Source: a candidate division WOR-3 bacterium
Lineage (GTDB): Bacteria; Hydrothermota; Tepidihabitantia; Tepidihabitantales; Tepidihabitantaceae
Reading direction: 5' to 3'
Assembly (NCBI GenBank): GCA_965649205.1
Contig: CBFGJV010000004.1
Coordinates: 1-64,000, forward strand
Length of the DNA: 64,000 nt
Under the pieces are notes generated by a model. The model saw nothing but the letters and a program-made list of their open reading frames with translations. It did not search any database and was not told the DNA's origin. The translations under genes and the position numbers were made by a program. Shown here piece by piece: positions 58,318-64,000 of the stretch; position 1 is the stretch's first letter; each line of letters begins with the position of its first letter.

Positions 58318-59601
58318 CTAGCGTCCGGGTTCTCGTATAACTCGCAACCTTCCGGAATCGGCCAGCAGCTCTGCGGGGCGGGGCCGACTCATAAAATCCA
58401 AAAGGCTCATTGTGTAACCGTAGGCACCGGTATTGACAAATCCTACAATGTCGCCCACCCTGGGCTCAGGCAGCATCTCTCCCCGGCCCAGGCAGTCTAG
58501 AGGCGTACAGATGGGACCGCAGATGTCCACTTCTGTGGCAGCTGACTCCAGCGGCCGGTTTAAAAGGCGGGCCGGATGGCGGATGCGCATAAAAACTGGC
58601 CGGCTGAAACTGTTCATTCCTCCGTCGCAGATTGCGAGGATGCGGCCCCGAGAGCGTTTCACCCTCACTATTCTGGTAAGAAAAACCCCGGCCTCTGCCA
58701 CCAGATATCTGCCCGACTCTAGAAGCATCCGGCAACCCGGATAATCCCGACGCAGAGCCGAAATTACCGGCCTGACTCTCTCTACCACCTGCGCCAAGTC
58801 CAGCTCCCTTTCTTGTTCGGTGTAGGGGATGCCAAAACCTCCGCCGAAATCCACAGTCTCTAGACGACAGCCGAGCTCCTGGGAAATCCTTCGTGCCAGT
58901 TCAACCACATAGACGATATGCTCGGCCAGAAAACCGGCGTCCAGCACCTGGCTGGCAGAATAAACCTGAATGCCAGCTATTCTGGCCCAACGATTACGCA
59001 CCGGCCGCACCTGATTTATCACTTCTTCCTCATCAAATCCGAATTTGCTGGGACCGCCCACCATTACTTCCTTGGCTTCGGGCCGACGCTCAAAGGTGTT
59101 GATACGCAGTAGTACCGACACTTCCCGCTTCCTGCGTGCGGCCTCCTTTTCAATCATCTCCAGGTCTTCAACCGCATCTGCCACCAGCGCCCTGATGCCA
59201 GTGGCAACAGCCAAGGTCACATCCTCTTTTCGCTTGGCGGGTGCTACATACACTATATCCTGAGGTTTAAAGCCTGCCTGCAATGCCGTAGTCAGCTCTG
59301 CCTCTGAACTTACCTCTGCGCCGGCGCCTCCAGAACGTAAAAGGCGGCATATTTCCACATTAGGATTTGCCTTCAATGAATAGCAAACCGTAAAATCGGA
59401 AAAGTACCGCTGCAGAAGCCGCAACCGGCAGCGTATGACAGAGGCAGAATATACGTAGCAGGGAGTTCCCCGCCTACGCACGATTCTCTGCAGACCCACC
59501 CGGTCTGCCTCAAATCGTCCGCGTCGGATGAAGAACTCCGCAAACCTCAGCCCTGAAGCCGGCATGTTTTCTATTCGCCGGCTCTGTTCTTTTGTCTTCA
59601 T
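58318..59601 (-). CDS. type III PLP-dependent decarboxylase (LysA/BtrK-like)
   Basis: TPCYVY, YSLKANP, PSKFG, DFGGGFG, ESGRYLV, GPICTPLD, GAYG. Confidence 0.85.
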   Translation of the reverse strand: MKTKEQSRRIENMPASGLRFAEFFIRRGRFEADRVGLQRIVRRRGTPCYVYSASVIRCRLRLLQRYFSDFTVCYSLKANPNVEICRLLRSGGAGAEVSSEAELTTALQAGFKPQDIVYVAPAKRKEDVTLAVATGIRALVADAVEDLEMIEKEAARRKREVSVLLRINTFERRPEAKEVMVGGPSKFGFDEEEVINQVRPVRNRWARIAGIQVYSASQVLDAGFLAEHIVYVVELARRISQELGCRLETVDFGGGFGIPYTEQERELDLAQVVERVRPVISALRRDYPGCRMLLESGRYLVAEAGVFLTRIVRVKRSRGRILAICDGGMNSFSRPVFMRIRHPARLLNRPLESAATEVDICGPICTPLDCLGRGEMLPEPRVGDIVGFVNTGAYGYTMSLLDFMSRPRPAELLADSGRLRVIREPGR

Positions 59602-60401
59602 TTTCTATACACCTCAATTCGGCTCACACCCTGAAAGATATAGAACGGAAACGGTTCGGAAACTACCGCGTCTATTCCCAGAAGGCGACAGTATTCCTCT
59701 CCAAAATTGGCCCCGGTTTCGGCAAAAATCAGAAGCTTCGCCCCTGCCCGGCTCGCTGTCTCCACCAGCATTTCCAGAGTATCGGTAGCAATAGTCATAC
59801 CGGTCACTATCGCCAGGTCACAGTTCCCCACCAGGTCTAAGGTTCTGGAGCCGTCTTCCACCTTTACGCCGTGGATGACCCTGCCCACCATGTCTCGTTC
59901 CAAGTCACTGGCCATTACCTCAAAGCCGCGCAACCGCAATCCCCTAATTACATTTCCCACCACTCCCACATTAACCACCCTAGGCTTGCGGTTTGCGACA
60001 GCAGTCAGCAGTCTCTCCGCTTCGCTCAAAATGACGCCGGTACGGAAGTCCGTCTTCTGAATCGCATCACCGGAGAACTCGTACGCTGCGGCCGGTTTTC
60101 TGGGCACAGAAGCGTACAAAGCGTCGAGGGTAGCTATGGAGATGCAACTCTTCTCGCCAATAATCTCGCGCGCATCCCGTCCCACGAGCATTCTTCCTCT
60201 TTCATCGTCGCCCGTGCAATAACAGCAACCCTGTCCTCGGGTCATTACCAGCCAGAAGGTATAAAAGAAAGTACGTTCGTCCGGATTCGGTCGGAAGGCG
60301 AGCTCCACCTTCCAGATGCCGCGTACCAGAAAGTCATCGTCCGGGCGTCCCTCGTAGTGCCGCAGCGCCCGTTCTCGCAACAAGGCAAAAGCATCTAACA
60401 T
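59598..60401 (-). CDS. Rossmann-like domain protein (DUF364-like)
   Basis: GQGCCYC, IATLDALY, VVNVGVVG, DLAIVTGMTIATDT, FAETG, SEPFPFY; ATG 60401 after GGGG. Confidence 0.7.
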   Translation of the reverse strand: MLDAFALLRERALRHYEGRPDDDFLVRGIWKVELAFRPNPDERTFFYTFWLVMTRGQGCCYCTGDDERGRMLVGRDAREIIGEKSCISIATLDALYASVPRKPAAAYEFSGDAIQKTDFRTGVILSEAERLLTAVANRKPRVVNVGVVGNVIRGLRLRGFEVMASDLERDMVGRVIHGVKVEDGSRTLDLVGNCDLAIVTGMTIATDTLEMLVETASRAGAKLLIFAETGANFGEEYCRLLGIDAVVSEPFPFYIFQGVSRIEVYRK

Positions 60402-60403
60402 TT

Positions 60404-61369
60404 TTATTCCCCCGATTTCTGCTCGTTGCCGGCTGCAAGCGAAAACGCCTTCTGTCTCTTGAGCCAGCGTTCCAGATTGCAAGCCAGCTCTTTTTCTCTG
60501 CCCAGATAATTGTGGGGTGCTCCTGTTACTACCGTGCCGACGAAAGACGGACACCGGACTAGCAGTTCCTGCAACGTCTTTAGGAACACGGTCGGCTTCA
60601 GAGTAAAAGCCTCCCTCACCGTGCCCACCGCGCAGAACACCGGTACCCGCACTAAGGCCAGTTCGGGAAAACTCCTGCGGTCGGTCCGACTCAGATTGAA
60701 CATACCGGTCACAGAGCGTGGATCTAGAAAATCCACAAACGAACGGGCGGAAATCGGATAAGGAAAATCTTTTTGCCTCATCAGTTCCCGGCCGCGGTCG
60801 TCTCTTACTAGGCGGCGCGCCCGGGCTAGAACCGAAGCGAACCTGCTTTTCAACATTTTTCGCGCCAACCCCATATCATCTGAAGGCGAAAGTAGAACCA
60901 GTGCCCGTACGCGAGGATCTTCTGTTTTCACCAAATAATGAACCACCTTGATTGCTCCGTGACTGTGCCCCTGCAGGACAACATGCCTCGCTCCCCGCCG
61001 CCAGAGAAAATCCACCCAGGCAGAAATATCCTTCACGCAATCTCGCATACGCTCATACACGCCGCCTAGCTGAACGTAGTCTCCCCTCCCCGGACGCAGA
61101 ATATCGGCAATATAATCATGTCCCCGATTATTGCCGGTCAGAAAGTCAGCCCCGGCCCGGTTGTAAACCCGGGCCGCCTCGTCCAGAAAACGATTCTCGT
61201 AGAAATTCCCGTCCAAACCATGCACGTGGCAAACCGCGGTTGCAGTTGGACTGTTCTCTGCCGGAGACAGAAAACCATGTAATTCCAGACCATCACTGGT
61301 TGTGATACGGTACAACTCTCCCCGCATCGAAAGCTTTGGTTTAAGTTTATCCATCTTCGTCGCCTGCAT
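60404..61369 (-). CDS. alpha/beta hydrolase (DUF1749-like)
   Basis: HVHGLDGNFYEN, NNRGHD, nucleophile elbow GHSHG, LLSP.DD, GAPHNY. Confidence 0.8.
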   Translation of the reverse strand: MQATKMDKLKPKLSMRGELYRITTSDGLELHGFLSPAENSPTATAVCHVHGLDGNFYENRFLDEAARVYNRAGADFLTGNNRGHDYIADILRPGRGDYVQLGGVYERMRDCVKDISAWVDFLWRRGARHVVLQGHSHGAIKVVHYLVKTEDPRVRALVLLSPSDDMGLARKMLKSRFASVLARARRLVRDDRGRELMRQKDFPYPISARSFVDFLDPRSVTGMFNLSRTDRRSFPELALVRVPVFCAVGTVREAFTLKPTVFLKTLQELLVRCPSFVGTVVTGAPHNYLGREKELACNLERWLKRQKAFSLAAGNEQKSGE

Positions 61370-61589
61370 ACTACCAACTTGCGGCTTCAGCTCAAGTCTG
61401 AACCCGCTTCCTGCCTCTTGCTCACTACCGTATGCTCCTCGCTTCGATTTGACACCAACCAGACAAGCATTAAAATTTTCGTACGATACGTTCCTTGGTT
61501 CCGCCCCCCCCCGTGCTCTTCACCCGAGCGGAACACAGAGCAGAAATTACAAATCAGGAAGGACTGCAAACAAAGCCCGAGGAGGAGAA

Positions 61590-63896
61590 GTGAAAATCAG
61601 CATCACCATACTGACATTGTCTCTATTCTGCGGTTTCGTGTTGGCGCAGACGCCAGCCACCGCAACCAGCTCCGCGCCTGTGCAACCGGAGCTTGTGAAG
61701 TATTATTACGGTCTGCCCGGCTCGGATGACTATGTGCTGGGGCCGGCAAGCCCTGAGCAAAATACCGATGCCTGGCAACAACACAGCACTATGCCGGCGG
61801 TGATGATGGACAATGCGGCAGCCGCTAACGCCTCCCACATATATGTTGCGGCTGGATATAATGTAGGCAAGGTTTTTTACCGCTGCCCAATCGGCAATAC
61901 TAACTGGGAAACCCTTCCCGACTGCCCGCTGGACCTGTGCACCGGCGGAGCGGCTATCATCGGCGACACCTTCTACTATTGCGGCGGCTACAAGAACAGT
62001 ATGAGCCAGCCGGCCGACACGTTATACAAATACTCCATAACCGGCAGAAACTGGACCTCTGCTCCCGGCCCCCATCCCGGCTGGGGTTACAACTGGTCAC
62101 CCACTGTTGTGGCCTGTGCGGGCAAACTATATTACATCAGCGGCTGCTCCATACCCGGAGCCACAAACCCCACTACCCGGGTATGGCGTTATACCCCAGG
62201 AGTAGGTTGGACACAGGTGGCGAACCTGAACCGGGGCCGAGTGTTTGCTCACGCTGTCGCCTACCGCGACACCATCTGGCTGGCCGGAGGCATAGCCGAC
62301 GGCCTTCCTCTCACTCACACTGAATTCTACGATCCGGTCGCCAATGTCTGGACCGTGAACAACTCTGTGTTCCCGCAACTGCCCGAAGCCCGCTGGGGAG
62401 GAGCGGCTTCCCAGACAGGAAACCTGATGGTCATAGCTTCGGGAGTAAACCCGGCTGGTAGTCTTACCGACTCTGTATTCGTTTTCAACTTCAACACCCG
62501 CACCTGGACCATAGAAGAGGGCGTTCCCACCCGGGTCTATCGTACTAGCGGCTGCGGGACCCCGGACGGAAAGGCATTCATCTGCGGCGGTTCCATCGCT
62601 GGCTTCACCCCTACGAATATAGTTCAGTACAATACGTACTCGGTAGCGCCCGCCCACGACGTCAAACTGGCGGCCATTGTCGCTCCCGGCACCAGAGTGG
62701 CTCCTGGCACGCCGGTCCAACCTGTGGCCCGGGTGCAAAACATGGGTTCGTCTGCCGAAACGAATATCCCGGTGACCTGCCTCATAGACTCGGCCGGCAC
62801 CACAGTCTATAACCGCAGTACCACCCTTGCTGGCCCGCTGGCTCCTGGCGCCAGCGCGCAAGTACAATTCAGCCCCAACTGGACGCCAGGACCCGCGAAC
62901 GCCATATATCGCGTTAGAATGTGGACCGCGCTTGCCAGTGACTCCAACCGCACCAACGACACCCTGGTCCAGACCACCCGTTCTGCCAACCTCATCACCG
63001 CTTTGTGGCTCTACAGTGACGAGTATCCGCCCGAGACCCTCGCTGTCCAACTGTATTCTCTTGGCGACTCTCTGGTGTTCTACGACATCCGCGCTAATAT
63101 CCCGCCTTTAGATACCCTAATGCGCTATCCGGTCGTGGGCGTACACACCAACTTCGCTCCCGCCGACTCCGTAGTTCTGGGCAACCTGCTCGCCGACTAC
63201 GTTGACGCGGGCGGCGGAGTAGTTTTGGGCCAGTTCAGTTTCACGTCCGGCTGGCACGTGGCAGGCAGAATAATGACCGGCAATTATTCCACCATCGGCA
63301 AAGGTGCGAACACTCAATCCTCCACCACGCTGGGCTGGAGGCGAACCGCCCACCCGATAATGGCCGGAGTAGACTCGGTACGAGAGTTTTATGCCACAAC
63401 CGCCCCGTTCCTCACCGCCGATTCTGTGGCCAAGTGGGCAGACGGCCGACCCTACGTCGCAGTCAGCGCGAATCAAAAAGTGATAGGCGTGAACAGCTAC
63501 CCAGGCTACTACCAGATGACGCCGCCCCAGCGTGGCGGAAACTGGGCACTCGTGTTCCACAACGCTCTGCAATTTGCCCGCGGTACGGTAAGTCTGGAAG
63601 AGTTCGACCCCTTCCGACCTGCGCTCCCCTGTCGCTTGCAGATGACACCCAATCCTACACGCGGCTTTGTGCTTGTAAACTATGTTCTCCCAGTCGCAGG
63701 ACCTCTGGAACTCGCTATGTACGACCTGAACGGCAGGCTGGTAAGAAAACTGTATCAGGGTCGCGCTCTTTCCGGCTACGGTCAGACAAACTGGGATATG
63801 CTTGACCAGCATGGAAAAAGAGTAGCGCCGGGCGTCTACTTCTGCCGCCTCGTCTCCGGCAACTACAAACAGACCGCTAAGTTAATTGTGGAATGA
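61590..63896 (+). CDS. secreted Kelch-repeat protein with CARDB-like and T9SS/FlgD-like C-terminal domains
   Basis: GTG start after GGAGGAG; signal peptide; Kelch YxxGG...Y/F.....W repeats; VQNMG...DSNRTND; PNP...YDLNGRLVR...WD..DQHG...PGVYFCRL. Confidence 0.85.
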   Translation: MKISITILTLSLFCGFVLAQTPATATSSAPVQPELVKYYYGLPGSDDYVLGPASPEQNTDAWQQHSTMPAVMMDNAAAANASHIYVAAGYNVGKVFYRCPIGNTNWETLPDCPLDLCTGGAAIIGDTFYYCGGYKNSMSQPADTLYKYSITGRNWTSAPGPHPGWGYNWSPTVVACAGKLYYISGCSIPGATNPTTRVWRYTPGVGWTQVANLNRGRVFAHAVAYRDTIWLAGGIADGLPLTHTEFYDPVANVWTVNNSVFPQLPEARWGGAASQTGNLMVIASGVNPAGSLTDSVFVFNFNTRTWTIEEGVPTRVYRTSGCGTPDGKAFICGGSIAGFTPTNIVQYNTYSVAPAHDVKLAAIVAPGTRVAPGTPVQPVARVQNMGSSAETNIPVTCLIDSAGTTVYNRSTTLAGPLAPGASAQVQFSPNWTPGPANAIYRVRMWTALASDSNRTNDTLVQTTRSANLITALWLYSDEYPPETLAVQLYSLGDSLVFYDIRANIPPLDTLMRYPVVGVHTNFAPADSVVLGNLLADYVDAGGGVVLGQFSFTSGWHVAGRIMTGNYSTIGKGANTQSSTTLGWRRTAHPIMAGVDSVREFYATTAPFLTADSVAKWADGRPYVAVSANQKVIGVNSYPGYYQMTPPQRGGNWALVFHNALQFARGTVSLEEFDPFRPALPCRLQMTPNPTRGFVLVNYVLPVAGPLELAMYDLNGRLVRKLYQGRALSGYGQTNWDMLDQHGKRVAPGVYFCRLVSGNYKQTAKLIVE

Positions 63897-63961
63897 AGCG
63901 GAGAATATCTCCTAAGCTTATTTACGACTATGCGAGAATGAAAGCCAAGAAAGGAGTACAG

Positions 63962-64000
63962 ATGCGTGTTATCCCCACTCAACTCCGCCAGTTGCAACCC
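63962..64000 (+). CDS. start of a CDS running off the right edge
   Basis: AAGGAG RBS, then ATG CGT GTT ATC... open to the window end. Confidence 0.45.
   Translation, partial: MRVIPTQLRQLQP

Noticed and set aside
61504..61512. C9 tract in the leader of the Kelch protein gene as a phase-variation switch
   Set aside because: It lies outside the coding region and the -35/-10 spacer, so no effect can be argued from sequence alone.

Overview
Gene-dense bacterial chromosomal window with about 50 CDS and 5 tRNA genes. I found no rRNA, CRISPR array, integrase or transposase. Six secreted proteins with a C-terminal T9SS type-A/FlgD-like domain and an archaeal-type PheRS suggest an FCB-related lineage such as candidate division WOR-3 (inference only). 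Housekeeping content: pheS/pheT, Lon-like protease, SurA/PpiD, tRNA-Glu/Gly/Cys/Leu/Lys, phoH-ybeY-CNNM-CNNM-recO, an ABC-2 exporter, pdxA, msrA/msrB, a UvrD-type helicase, asnA and glnA. Most notable observations: (1) a signal-peptide-bearing, tail-fibre-like protein split by one extra G, paired with a small T9SS-tailed partner (candidate surface fibre plus anchor system); (2) a 1169-aa protein of nine PAS domains with no output domain; (3) an orphan hydrolase/DUF364-like/BtrK-like decarboxylase operon; (4) an identical 25-nt hairpin element in two intergenic regions 35 kb apart; (5) two promoter-proximal terminator-like leaders; (6) many apparently leaderless genes and a non-canonical phoH start; (7) a zinc-ribbon insertion in PheT. 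All family calls come from reading motifs by eye; no database search was run.
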